A stretch of DNA of 64,000 nt, from the NCBI GenBank assembly GCA_963831165.1, contig CAWHPC010000029.1, forward strand, positions 261,183-325,182. Reading direction: 5' to 3'. The notes beneath the pieces are model-generated. The model did no database searches. It was given only the letters and a program-made list of their open reading frames with translations, and was not told the origin of the DNA. A program made the position numbers and the translations under genes. Each line of letters starts with the position of its first letter. Position 1 is the first letter of the stretch. Below, one piece after another: positions 9,317-19,523 of this stretch. Source of the stretch: an uncultured Alphaproteobacteria bacterium. GTDB lineage: Bacteria > Pseudomonadota > Alphaproteobacteria > Rhizobiales > Xanthobacteraceae.

Positions 9317-10737
9317 CTATCCTGTCCCGCCGACGGTAATGCGGTCCATCCGCAGCGTTGGCTGGCCGACGCCGACAGGCACACCCTGGCCGTTCTTGCC
9401 GCAAGTGCCGACACCTTCGTCGAGGCTGAGATCGTTGCCGACCATCGAGATGCGATTAAGATCGGTGGGGCCATTGCCGATGAGCATGGCGCCCTTGATC
9501 GGCGCGCCGCGCTTGCCGTTATCGATGCGATAGGCCTCGGTGCACTCGAACACGTATTTGCCCGAGGTGATATCGACTTGGCCGCCGCCGAAGTGCACGG
9601 CGTAGATGCCGTTCTTCACCGACGCAATGATTTCATCGGGATCGCGCGTGCCGGCGAGCATGTAGGTGTTGGTCATGCGCGGCATCGGTACATGGGCAAA
9701 ACTCTCGCGCCGGCCATTGCCGGTCGGCTTCATGTCCATCAACCGCGCGTTCTGGCGGTCCTGCATGTAGCCGACGAGAATGCCGTCTTCGATCAGGACG
9801 GTGCGATTGGTCGGCGTGCCTTCATCGTCGATCGAGAGCGAACCGCGGCGCAGCGCCATGGTCCCGTCGTCGACGACGGTCACGCCCGGCGCCGCTACGC
9901 GCTGTCCCATCAGTCCGGCGAAAGCCGACGTCTTCTTGCGGTTGAAATCGCCTTCGAGGCCGTGGCCCACTGCTTCGTGCAGCATGACGCCCGGCCAGCC
10001 CGGGCCGAGCACCACGTCCATTTCGCCAGCCGGCGCCGGCACCGCTTCGAGATTGATCAGGCCTGGCGGACCGCATTGTCGGCGGCATGCTGCCATGTGT
10101 CGGTGACGATGAAGCGCTCATAGCCTTCGCGGCCGCCATATCCTGAACTGCCGGTTTCCTGCCGGTCGCCATCGCCAACGACGACCGAGACGTTGAGGCG
10201 CACCAGCGGACGGACGTCGCGATAGGTCTCGCCGTCGGCGCGCACGATCTCCACTGCCTGCCAGGTAGCGCCGAGGCTGACCGAAACCTGGCGGACGCGC
10301 GGGTCCTTCGCGCGGACATAGGCGTCGATGGTTTCAAGCAGTCGCGCCTTGGTTTCAAAGGTCGGGCTGGCGAGCGGACTGTCCTCGCTGTAGAGCTTGA
10401 CGTTGGTGCGCGGCGGCGGGCCGGCATAATTGCCGGAATAGCCGCCTTTGACGGCGCGTACGGCGTCGGCGGCGCGGGCGATCGCGGCCTCTGACACGTC
10501 GGAGGCGTGCGCATAGCCGACCGCCTCGTCCTTGACGGCCCGCAGACCGAACCCCTGGGTTGTGTCGTAGGTCGCCTGCTTCAGCCGGCCGTTGTCGAAC
10601 ACCAGCATTTCGGCCTGGCGATATTCGAGGAACAATTCGCCGTCGTCGGCGCCTTCAAGGCCGCGCGACATGATCTTGGCGAGGCGCGGCCGATCGAGTC
10701 CGGCGCGATCGATCAGCGAGGTGGGGGCAGAAGCCAT
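9317..10737 (-). pseudogene. tldD: metalloprotease TldD, interrupted by a 1-nt frameshift
   Basis: ORFs 10057..10737 and 9317..10096 join as ...[21 protein letters not shown]... if one C is restored near 10059-10063. [11 protein letters not shown] motif present. Confidence 0.9.
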
Positions 10738-10841
10738 ACGAATCTCCCACGTTCTTATTGGCTTAGGCGTTTCGCTTCAGAGATAAGCCATGCCGCGTGG
10801 TATTGCTACGTACTTGATCGGCGGATCTGGCCGGAGGCGCG

Positions 10842-12131
10842 CTAGCCCGACAGCCGCTCGATGGCGGCGCCGCAGCGTCCGAGCTTCTCTTCGAGCCGCT
10901 CGAAGCCGCGGTCGAGGTGATACACGCGATTGACCACGGTTTCGCCCTCGGCGGCGAGCGCGGCGATGACGAGCGAAACCGAAGCCCGCAGATCGGTGGC
11001 CATCACTTGCGCGCCCTTGAGCCGCTCGACGCCTTCGATGGTGGCCCGTTCGCCCTGGAGATGAATGCGCGCGCCGAGCCTGGCCAGCTCCTGCACGTGC
11101 ATGAAACGATTCTCGAATACCGTCTCGACGATAAGCGAGGTGCCGCGCGCGCGGGTCATCAGCGCCATCAGTTGCGCCTGCAAGTCGGTGGGGAATTCCG
11201 GGAACGGTGCCGTCGTCACCTCGACCGGCGCTAGCCCCGCGCCGTTGCGCGCGACGCGGATGCCTTGATTGGTCGGCGTGATCGTGACGCCGGTTTTCGT
11301 CAGCACGTCGAGCGCGGCCTGGAGCAATTCCGGCCGCGCGTTCTGCAACAGCACATCGCCGCCGGCCATCGCGACCGCCATTGCATATGTGCCGGTCTCG
11401 ATGCGGTCGGGCAGCACCGCGTGGCGCGCGCCGTTGAGTTTGGTGACGCCCTCGACAATGATGCGTTTGGTGCCGGCGCCGGAAATGCGCGCACCCATCT
11501 TGTTGAGGCACTCGGCGACGTCGACGATCTCCGGTTCGCGCGCAGCGTTCTCGATCACCGTCGCGCCGTTCGCGAGCACTGCTGCCATGAGGGCGGTGTG
11601 CGTGCCGCCGACCGTGACTTTGGGAAATACAATCTCGCCACCTTTAAGTCCGTGCGGCGCTTGCGCCACGACGTAGCCGCCGTCGATTTCGATGTCGGCG
11701 CCGAGCCGCGCCAGCGCCATGATCAGAAGATCGACCGGCCGCGTGCCGATGGCGCAGCCGCCCGGCATGGAGACCCGCGCCTTGCCCATACGCGCAACCA
11801 GCGGCGCGATCACCCAGAAGCTCGCGCGCATCTTTGACACCAGCTCGTAAGGCGCAGTGGTGTCGACGATACGGGCGGCGGAAATGTGCAGCGTCTGGCC
11901 GTGGTCGGCAGTCTCGCCGGAGCGCTTGCCGCCGACCATGATGTCGACGCCGTGATTGCCGAGAATCCGCTGCAGCAGCCCGACGTCGGCTAGGCGCGGC
12001 ACGTTGTCGAGAATGAGCGTATCCTCGGTGAGGAGGCTCGCGATCATCAGGGGAAGCGTGGCGTTCTTTGCGCCCGAAATCGGGATCGTGCCGTTGAGAC
12101 GCTGGCCGCCGACGATACGAATGCGATCCAT
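10842..12131 (-). CDS. murA: UDP-N-acetylglucosamine 1-carboxyvinyltransferase
   Basis: Start at the ATG at 12131 ([27 protein letters not shown]). About 430 aa, full-length MurA. Confidence 0.95.
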   Translation of the reverse strand: MDRIRIVGGQRLNGTIPISGAKNATLPLMIASLLTEDTLILDNVPRLADVGLLQRILGNHGVDIMVGGKRSGETADHGQTLHISAARIVDTTAPYELVSKMRASFWVIAPLVARMGKARVSMPGGCAIGTRPVDLLIMALARLGADIEIDGGYVVAQAPHGLKGGEIVFPKVTVGGTHTALMAAVLANGATVIENAAREPEIVDVAECLNKMGARISGAGTKRIIVEGVTKLNGARHAVLPDRIETGTYAMAVAMAGGDVLLQNARPELLQAALDVLTKTGVTITPTNQGIRVARNGAGLAPVEVTTAPFPEFPTDLQAQLMALMTRARGTSLIVETVFENRFMHVQELARLGARIHLQGERATIEGVERLKGAQVMATDLRASVSLVIAALAAEGETVVNRVYHLDRGFERLEEKLGRCGAAIERLSG

Positions 12132-12255
12132 CGTGTCCCCCGCGGTCCGTCTCAGGACCGAACTCGACCGTGACTTATGAGCCGCCCGCAACCCAGGCGC
12201 AAAGTGCAACGGCAATCACGGTTACTGGGTGCTTGCTGGACGCCTGTAACCAGCC

Positions 12256-12456
12256 CTAGTCGCGTCTTCGATTGCGGCGAAAGTCGGGAGCTTTCGATTG
12301 AGCGGCAGGTACTTCCGGCGAACTAACTGCCTCGCCCGTCGTGTGTTCCGCACGCCCTCGCGCCTGCGCCTTGCGCCGCTTGAGGTTTTCGCGCAACGCC
12401 GCGGACAGCCGCGCGTTGCGCGCCGCCTGCTGCTCAGCCTTGCCGCGCGAAACCAT
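12256..12456 (-). CDS. small basic hypothetical protein
   Basis: 66 aa, MVSRGKAEQQAARNARLSAALRENLKRRKAQARG... Lies in the tail of track ORF 12256..13146, directly downstream of the DUF4337 gene. Confidence 0.4.
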   Translation of the reverse strand: MVSRGKAEQQAARNARLSAALRENLKRRKAQARGRAEHTTGEAVSSPEVPAAQSKAPDFRRNRRRD

Positions 12457-12470
12457 CAGCGCTGCCTTGC

Positions 12471-13068
12471 TTAGAGGAAATGCTCGACCGCGTGCGGTGC
12501 GAACAGGCCGAGCGCCGTTACGGCGATACCGGCAAGGCCAAGCACGCCCGCGAACCAGGCGAGCCCGATCACCTCGGTGATGACCGCCGCCGAGGCGAGC
12601 ACGATGCCGATCTGAAACGCCGCCGAGGCGAGCTCGTAGTGGTGATATTTCGCCATGGCGAGGTCGCGTTCCTCCTCCTCGGCCTTGGCGCGAACCGCGA
12701 GTTCTTTGCGGCCCTCCCGCGTTTTTGGGATCGGACTCGTAGCGCGCGGCGGTCGCGCGCCAAGCCTCGACCTGTTTGTCGATGGCGGCCCTGGCGGCAG
12801 GATCGGTCAGGGTTGCTCCAAGCAGGGTCGTCTCCTCGGCGGCCGCATTGACGACGGTTCTGCGTATGTCCTTGGCCTGAAAAAACGCCCATGTGTCGCT
12901 CGACTTGACGTTGGCGCTGATCGCTTCGGTCTGGGCGGCTTTGCCGAGCGTCTCGGAGAAGGACAGAAACAACGCCAGCACCGCAATCACCAGGCCGATC
13001 CTGCGGTTCGTGTGCGACGCATGCTCGGCATGTATCGCGTGTTCCATCTGTTCCGTTGCTTCCGGCAT
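12471..13068 (-). pseudogene. DUF4337 family membrane protein, interrupted by a 1-nt frameshift
   Basis: The N-terminal part (MPEATEQMEHA...RYESDPK) and the C-terminal part (TREGRKELAVRAKAEEEERDLAMAKYHHYELAS...) are in frames differing by 1 nt. The break is at the T5/A5 run 12722-12726. Confidence 0.75.
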
Positions 13069-13089
13069 GTTTGGCCCCCTCGCTGTTTT

Positions 13090-13183
13090 CCTCACCCTGA
13101 GGCGCGAGCGAAGCGAGCCTCGAAGGGCGACGGCCCGGGCCTGCATCCTTCGAGGGCCGCTTCGCGGCCACCTCAGGATGAGG
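13090..13183. repeat. long imperfect palindromic REP-type element
   Basis: CCTCACCCTGAGG...GCCTCGAAGG // CCTTCGAGGGC...CCTCAGGATGAGG, inverted arms of about 45 nt. Intergenic between the DUF4337 gene and xerC. Confidence 0.7.
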
Positions 13184-13219
13184 TCAATGACCGATGCGGC
13201 TAACTAGCATGAATTGCCA

Positions 13220-14153
13220 TCAGGCGCGCGGATGCGCGCTGCGGTAGGCCGCAATCAGGCGGTCGGCGTCGACTTCGGTGTAGATTTGCGTGGTCGCCAG
13301 CGAGGCGTGGCCGAGCAGTTCCTGGATGGCGCGCAGATCGCCGCCGCGGGCGAGGAGGTGGGTGGCGAAGGAATGCCGGAGCGCGTGCGGCGTCGCGGTC
13401 TCGGGAAGGCCGAGCGCGCCGCGCAGCCGCGCCATCGCCAACTGCACGACGCGCGGCGACAGCGGGCCGCCCCGCGCGCCGACAAACAGCGGACCGTCGT
13501 GCGGCAAATCGTAGGGGCAGAGCGCGAGATAATCGGCGACCAGTTTGGCGACCTGCGACAGCACCGGGACCATGCGCTGCTTGCGGCCCTTGCCGGTCAC
13601 CGTGAGGGCATCGCCCCCGCCGGCGCCGAAATCGGCGCGCTTTGAGGCCCAGCGCCTCGGAAATGCGCAAGCCACTGCCGTAAAGCAACGCCAGCACGGC
13701 AGCGTCGCGCGCGTGGATCCACGGCTCGCGTTCGTCTCCGGCCGCAAGATCGGGGTCGGCCAGGCGTTTGGCGGCAGTGGCGGCAAGCGGCCGCGGCAGG
13801 GTCTTGCCGATTTTCGGCGCCCGGACCGCGGCCAGCGCCCCGATCTTGCCCTTGTCGCTGCGCTCCAGGTAGCGCGCGAAGCCGCGCACTCCGGCCAGCG
13901 TACGCATCAGCGAGCGGCTGCCAATGTCGGCGGCGCGCCGCGCCGCCAGGAAGGCGCGCACATCGGCGGGCGTAAGAACCGCGAGGGCTTTCAGCGATGG
14001 CGGCCCGCCAAGATGCTCGGCAAGAAAGGTGAGAAATTGCAGCACGTCGCGCCGGTAAGCTTCCAGCGTCTTCGGCGAATAGCGCCGCTCGTCGCCGAGA
14101 TGCCGCAGCCATCCCTTGATTTCGGCGGCGACTTTGGGTGTCACGAAGTCCAT
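13220..14153 (-). pseudogene. xerC: tyrosine recombinase XerC, interrupted by a 1-nt frameshift
   Basis: ORF 13200..14198 (N-terminal SAM-like domain) and ORF 13220..13786 (catalytic domain: ARHSFATHLL, GGDLRAIQELLGHASLATTQIYT) join as ...ISEALGLK/RADFGAGG... if one A of the AAA at 13641-13643 is removed. Confidence 0.9.
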
Positions 14154-14242
14154 CGGTACCTTCCGCCCCGGCGCAGCGGAGCAGGATAGAGGCGGCATCC
14201 TTTCCCCTTCCTAAACCCACTGGAATCGGCACACCCTGCATC

Positions 14243-16418
14243 ATGATCCGGCGTGTCGTCGATGTCCTGGTCCCGGTCGCGCTTGACCGGGCCTATTCCT
14301 ACCGGGTGCCCGAGGCGCTGGAGCTGGCGCCGGGCGACATCGTCAGCGTGCCGCTCGGCGCCCGCGAGGCCACGGCAGTGGTCTGGGCCGAGAACCCGAA
14401 GCCCAATCCGCGGCTCGACAACCGCCTCAAGGACGTCGAGGGAAAGCTCGAACTGCCGCCGCTGAAGCCTGAGCTGCGCAGCTTCGTCGACTGGGTCGCC
14501 AATTACACGATCGCCACCCGCGGCATGGTGCTGCGGATGTGCCTGCGCATGGGCGAGCACCTTGGCGCCGAGCGCGAACGGGTCGGCGTGCGCCTTGCCG
14601 GACCTGCCCCACAGCGGATGACCACGGCCCGGCAGCGGGTGCTGTCGCTTCTTGCCGACAAAATGCTGCGCAGCAAAGCCGATGCCGCCCGCGAAGCCGG
14701 CGTCAGCAGCGGCGTGATCGACGGCCTGATCGACGAGGGCACGCTGGAAACAGTGGTGCTGCCGCCGGAACCGGTCGCGGAACGGCCCGATCCCGATTTC
14801 GCGCAGCCCGATCTTACCCGAGACCAGAGCGCCGCCGCGGCCGAACTCAAGGCCACGGTCGCCAAGGGCGGCTATTCGGTGACGCTCGTCGACGGCGTCA
14901 CCGGCTCGGGCAAGACCGAGGTTTATTTCGAGGCGGTGGCCGACACCATCCGCAGCGGCCGGCAGAGCCTGATCCTGATGCCGGAAATCGCGCTGACCGC
15001 CCAGTTCCTCGACCGCTTCGCCGCGCGCTTCGGTGTGCGTCCGGCGGAATGGCATTCGGAACTCACGCCGCGCCGGCGGGCGCGCACCTGGCGGGCCGTC
15101 GCCGACGGCGAGGTGTCGGTCGTGGTCGGCGCCCGCTCGGCGCTGTTCCTGCCTTACGCCGATCTCGGCCTCATCGTCGTCGATGAGGAGCACGACGCCG
15201 CCTACAAGCAGGAGGACGGCGTCCGCTACCACGCCCGCGACATGGCGGTGGTGCGCGGTCACATCGCCCGCATCCCGGTGGTGCTGTCGTCGGCGACGCC
15301 GTCGCTCGAGACCGAAGTCAACGCCCGGCGCGGCCGCTACCGGCGGCTGGCGCTGCCCGAGCGCTTCGGCGGCCAGCGTATGCCGTCGGTCGAGGCGATC
15401 GATCTGCGCCGCGAGCGCCCGCCGCCCGGCCGCTTCATCGCCCCGACGCTCGCGGGAGCCGTACAGACCGCGATCGAACGCGGCGAGCAGGCGCTGTTCT
15501 TCCTCAATCGCCGCGGCTACGCCCCGCTGACCTTGTGCCGCGCCTGCGGCTTCCGCTTCTCGTGCCCGAACTGCGACGCCTGGCTGGTCGATCACCGCTT
15601 CCGCCGGCAGCTGGTCTGCCATCATTGCGGCTTCGCCATGCCGCACCCGGCGGAATGCCCGAACTGCCAGGCGGCGAATTCGTTCGTCGCCATCGGGCCC
15701 GGCGTCGAACGGCTTGAGGAAGAAGTGCGCGAGCTGTTTCCGCAGGCGCGTATCCTCGTGCTCTCGTCCGATCTCGTCGCCACCGTCGAGCGGCTGCGCG
15801 AGGAACTCGACGACGTCGCCCAAGGCCGCTTCGACATTGTTATTGGGACGCAGCTTGTAGCGAAAGGCCATCACTTTCCGAAGCTCAACCTCGTCGGCAT
15901 CGTCGACGCCGATCTCGGGCTCAACAACGGCGACCCGCGCGCCGCAGAGCGCACCTTCCAGCTGCTGCATCAGGTGGTCGGCCGCGCCGGCCGCGATGCC
16001 GGCATCGGTCGCGGGCTATCTGCAGACCCACCAGCCCGAGCACCCGGTGATGCGCGCGCTGATCGCGCAGGACCGCGAAGCGTTCTACGACGCCGAGATC
16101 GCAGCCCGCGAAAGCGCGCACTATCCGCCGTTCGGCCGGCTGGCGAGCCTCGTCGTCTCCGGGCCCGACCGGCACGAGACGACGGGCTACGCGCGCGCAC
16201 TCGCCCGCGCCGCGCCGCCGGTCGATGACGTGCGCGTGCTCGGCCCCGCCGACGCGCCGCTCGCCCTGGTGCGCGGCCGCCATCGCTTGCGCTTGTTGGT
16301 CAAGGCGCCGCGCGGCTTTGATCTCTCGGCTTATCTGCGCGAATGGCTCGCGGGTGCACCGAAGGCGAAGGGTTCAATCAAGCTCGACATCGACGTCGAC
16401 CCGCAGAGTTTTTTGTGA
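14243..16418 (+). pseudogene. priA: primosomal protein N' (PriA helicase), interrupted by a 1-nt frameshift near the C-terminus
   Basis: Start MIRRVVDVLVPV at 14243. GVTGSGKTEVY, DEEHD and a Cys4-Cys4 zinc region. The C-terminal 140 aa lie in ORF 15996..16418 (GYLQTHQPEHPV...). The frames merge if one G of the GGG at 16013-16015 is removed. Confidence 0.9.
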
Positions 16419-16518
16419 GCGGGCTGTGAAAAATCATTTTAGGAAAAGAGAGATCAGATATCATGGCACTACTTGATCGAGACATTAGCCGCCACATGAA
16501 TCATTCGGGACGCACTAA

Positions 16519-17521
16519 ATGTTGGGTTTTGGTGCATTAGGCGAGTTTGCCCTTGGCGAAGTAGGAGGTGCCAGAGCTGCGCTTACGTCGGACATTCTGC
16601 AGGAGGTCGTTACCCTTCTTATAAAAGAAAATCTTCTTCCGGAATTACCTCCTCAGCTTCATCACTTTACATCTTTGGAAACTGCGCACCAGATCATCAA
16701 GTACGATAATATTCGAACTCTCGCATTCGGAATATTCAAATGATCAAACCGAAATGGAACAAGCTAAGGACATCATTCGCAATGAATTGAAACGAAGAGC
16801 AGATCCTTTTTTCCAACAGGTGCTTTCTGAATATGAAAAGCTCGCCCCAAATCTTGATGCGTATATATTTTGTATGTCTACCGGAAGCCCAGCCCCCAGT
16901 TTGGCACAGGACATTCTTAGCCAGTGGCGGGCTTATGGACAAGACGGACGAGGCGTCAGTCTAACTTTAGACGCTCAGCATCTAGCCCGTTTAGTTCACA
17001 ATACGCCGGGCCTCCGTATAAATCCCGTTATGTATCAGAGTGCCCTACAGGCCAGATTTGTTAGTGAAATACTAGACCGGGGACTAAGCGCGCATGCGAA
17101 CGGTGTTCCAAGCGCTCGTCAAGCGACTATTGCTGCGCTCGTATTCGCTACTCCACTAATGAAAGCGCCTGGTTTTGAGGAAGAGCGCGAATGGCGTCTG
17201 ATTTTTATGCCTCCACAAATTAATTTGCAGATGCAGTTCGGATTTCACGCGCGCCGCGATTTCTTGGCACCGTATATTGATCTTACGCATCTTTGGAATG
17301 ACTTGCGGCTGACTTTGGTCGCGGTACCCGCACTCCGCGCCACGTTACCAACTCATCTTCCTATAGTGAACCTGCCGCTTGTCCCTATTAGTGAAATGAT
17401 GGTTGGACCGTCTGGCCATCAATCACTTAACGTGAGAGCGTTCTCCAAGCTGCTAATTCAAGTAAATCGCCCCGCCGTGCCGGTGCGACATTCAGGTATT
17501 CCATATCGTAGCCTAAGCTGA
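16519..17521 (+). pseudogene. DUF2971 family protein, interrupted by a 1-nt frameshift
   Basis: ORFs 16519..16743 and 16754..17521. Removing one A at 16716-16717 gives ...LHHFTSLETAHQIIKYDNIRLSHSEYSNDQTEMEQAK..., then WRAYGQDGRGVSL and EEEREWRL, which fit DUF2971 motifs. Visibly AT-richer than the flanks. Confidence 0.65.
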
Positions 17522-17565
17522 GCGGCGGCGAAATACCGACTATTTGCAGCTTTGTGCTCAGCCCG

Positions 17566-17657
17566 TAGCCCGTGGGATCGGTTGAGTGAAACGATACCCA
17601 TCGTTCCTTGCTGCGCGTTCGCTGATGGGTTTCGCTGCACTCTACCCATCCTACACG
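17566..17657. repeat. inverted pair of REP-type elements
   Basis: CGTAGCCCGTGGGATCGGTTGAGTGAAACGATACCCATC and, inverted, GTAGGATGGGTAGAGTGCAGCGAAACCCATC. Same family as the elements at 28307-28338. Confidence 0.65.
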
Positions 17658-17674
17658 CCGCACTGTCACGCCAA

Positions 17675-17944
17675 TTATCGCTTTTTCTTCTTCTTGTTCT
17701 TCTTCGCAAAAATCGCGTTCCAGTTTTCCTTGTAGGCCGCGGTGACCGGTTTCTGGCCTTCGCCGCGGCTATAGTTCGCAGGCGCCGCGGCGGCCGGCTC
17801 GCCGGCTTTGGACTTGGATGCGTCTTCAGCTGCGGGGCTCTTGACCTTCGCGGCGGCGTCATTCTTTACAGCCGTGTCGGCCTTTGGAGCCGTGTCGGCC
17901 TTTCGGGGCGTGTCGGTTTTGGCTTTTTTGTCGTCGATGGCCAT
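17675..17944 (-). CDS. small Lys/Ala-rich hypothetical protein
   Basis: MAIDDKKAKTDTPRKADTAPKADTAVK...YSRGEGQKPVTAAYKENWNAIFAKKNKKKKKR. Contains an 18-nt x3 internal repeat. Confidence 0.5.
   Translation of the reverse strand: MAIDDKKAKTDTPRKADTAPKADTAVKNDAAAKVKSPAAEDASKSKAGEPAAAAPANYSRGEGQKPVTAAYKENWNAIFAKKNKKKKKR
17871..17924. repeat. 18-bp imperfect tandem repeat x3, coding
   Basis: gccgtgtcggcctttgga / gccgtgtcggcctttcgg / ggcgtgtcggttttggct. Encodes K(A/T)DT(A/P)x units on the minus strand. Confidence 0.8.
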
Positions 17945-18054
17945 TGTCTTTCCTAATGCAAGCAAGCAAGCGTAACCGGGATTAAGCAGTAGCGAAATCC
18001 GGTATCGCCGTCATAACGGCTTCATGCTAATCGAACAAATCTGAGGGCAACGCA

Positions 18055-18396
18055 ATGTCTCCACCCATCCCGCCGCTGGCCGCAAATCAGCAGTATTGCC
18101 GCAGCTGCGGCCAGATCATTTCAAACCTGGCGCCGACTTGTCCGCACTGTGGCGCGCCGACCGGTTCAAGGCCGCCGGATGCCAGTCCCAAGAGCCGCCT
18201 TGCCGCGCTGTTATTGTGCTGGTTCCTGGGGATATTCGGCGCGCACCGGTTCTATGTCGGTAAGGTCGGCACCGGAGTACTCCAAATATTCACGCTTGGC
18301 GGGCTGGGCATCTGGACGCTTGTTGATTTTATTATGATCATCGTTGGAGCGTTCAAAGACATAGACGGCCGGCGCGTTATTGTTTGGACCGACTGA
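18055..18396 (+). CDS. TM2 domain protein with N-terminal zinc-ribbon
   Basis: CRSCG...CPHCG ribbon, then [18 protein letters not shown]...[14 protein letters not shown] (TM2 domain signature). Confidence 0.8.
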   Translation: MSPPIPPLAANQQYCRSCGQIISNLAPTCPHCGAPTGSRPPDASPKSRLAALLLCWFLGIFGAHRFYVGKVGTGVLQIFTLGGLGIWTLVDFIMIIVGAFKDIDGRRVIVWTD

Positions 18397-18465
18397 CGCT
18401 CGCGATCGCAATGTGGCGAGATGGACCGGCCGCTGGGCCGCGCTGTTTCGTCAGACCGCGCACAT

Positions 18466-18852
18466 TCAGAGACGGCTGATCACGGTGTAGGAAAGATACA
18501 CGAACAGAGCGCATCCGAGCACAGTGAGGAGGCCGGCGAGCACAACGTCCGCGCGCTTACCCGGGCCGGGCACCGTCTGCTCGCTGTCGATCTCAATCGC
18601 GGTCTTGCGAAAGCGCACGATGGCCAAAACCATCATACCGGCGCCGAGGCCAATCAGGATCAGGCCGGAGATGTTGCCGACGAGCTGACCGGTCGGCGAC
18701 AGCGCACGTCGCGCCATGCTCTGTCCGGCGATCTGCAGGAACAGATCGAACCGTTCGACCAGAAAGCCAAAGGCCATGACCGCGATTGCGGTGCGGACCC
18801 AGGCCAGAAAGGTCCGCTCGTTCGCGGCGTGGTCGGTATATCGCTGGATCAT
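18466..18852 (-). CDS. DUF202 (YidH-like) membrane protein
   Basis: Start taken at MIQRYTDHAANERTFLAWVRT (DUF202 motif). Three TM segments. An upstream in-frame start at 18972 is possible. Confidence 0.7.
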   Translation of the reverse strand: MIQRYTDHAANERTFLAWVRTAIAVMAFGFLVERFDLFLQIAGQSMARRALSPTGQLVGNISGLILIGLGAGMMVLAIVRFRKTAIEIDSEQTVPGPGKRADVVLAGLLTVLGCALFVYLSYTVISRL

Positions 18853-19016
18853 TGGTGCTGGTGTCCTCGTCGCTCGCGCCGCCGTCCGGACGGCCATTTC
18901 GCTTTCATCGGGGGAGACTATACTGCTCCGCATTGCGGCGAGCGCCGCCCCGCGCAGCGCAGTCACCCGCATTGGTCAAGACATTGTAGTTCCATTGAAT
19001 AACGAAAGGTGCGGCG

Positions 19017-19508
19017 ATGACCTGGGGAATTCCGACCGACATGTTTCTCAACATTCACGTTGCTCTCAGCCTGATTGCCCTCGTGCTCGGCTTGATCGTT
19101 CTGTACGGGCTGTTGAGCGGTGAAGTGCTCGGCGTGTGGACGGCGTTGTTCCTGGCGGGGATGATCCTGACCAGCGTCACCGGCTTTCCGCTGCCGCCAT
19201 TCGGCCTCGATCCGCCGCGCATGGTCGGCATCCTTTCGCTGGTCCTGCTCGCGATCGCCGTGCTTGCGATCTACGTGTTCCGGCTGCGCGGCGCCTGGCG
19301 CTGGATTTATGTCGTCACCGCCATGGCGGCGCTTTATCTCGATGCGTTCGTCGGCGTCATCCAGGCATTCGCCAAGCTGACGTTCCTGCACACGCTGGCG
19401 CCGACCCAGTCGGAGCCGCCATTTGTGATCGTGCAGGTCATCGTGCTGGTGATTTTTGTCGCGCTCGGCTTTCTCGCGGTGCGCCGGTTTCATCCCGAGC
19501 GTGCGTGA
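19017..19508 (+). CDS. hypothetical integral membrane protein
   Basis: 163 aa, four to five hydrophobic helices. No family recognised. Confidence 0.5.
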   Translation: MTWGIPTDMFLNIHVALSLIALVLGLIVLYGLLSGEVLGVWTALFLAGMILTSVTGFPLPPFGLDPPRMVGILSLVLLAIAVLAIYVFRLRGAWRWIYVVTAMAALYLDAFVGVIQAFAKLTFLHTLAPTQSEPPFVIVQVIVLVIFVALGFLAVRRFHPERA

Positions 19509-19523
19509 TCAAGGATCAGCGCG

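Noticed and set aside
14141-15970. 609-aa minus-strand ORF.
   Set aside because: It is antisense to priA, a typical open antisense frame in high-GC DNA, with no recognisable domains.
16463-16480. Sigma-54 type promoter (TGGCACTACTTGATCG) upstream of the DUF2971 gene.
   Set aside because: The spacing between the GG and the downstream TTG(C) element is wrong by two positions, and the GC dinucleotide is missing.
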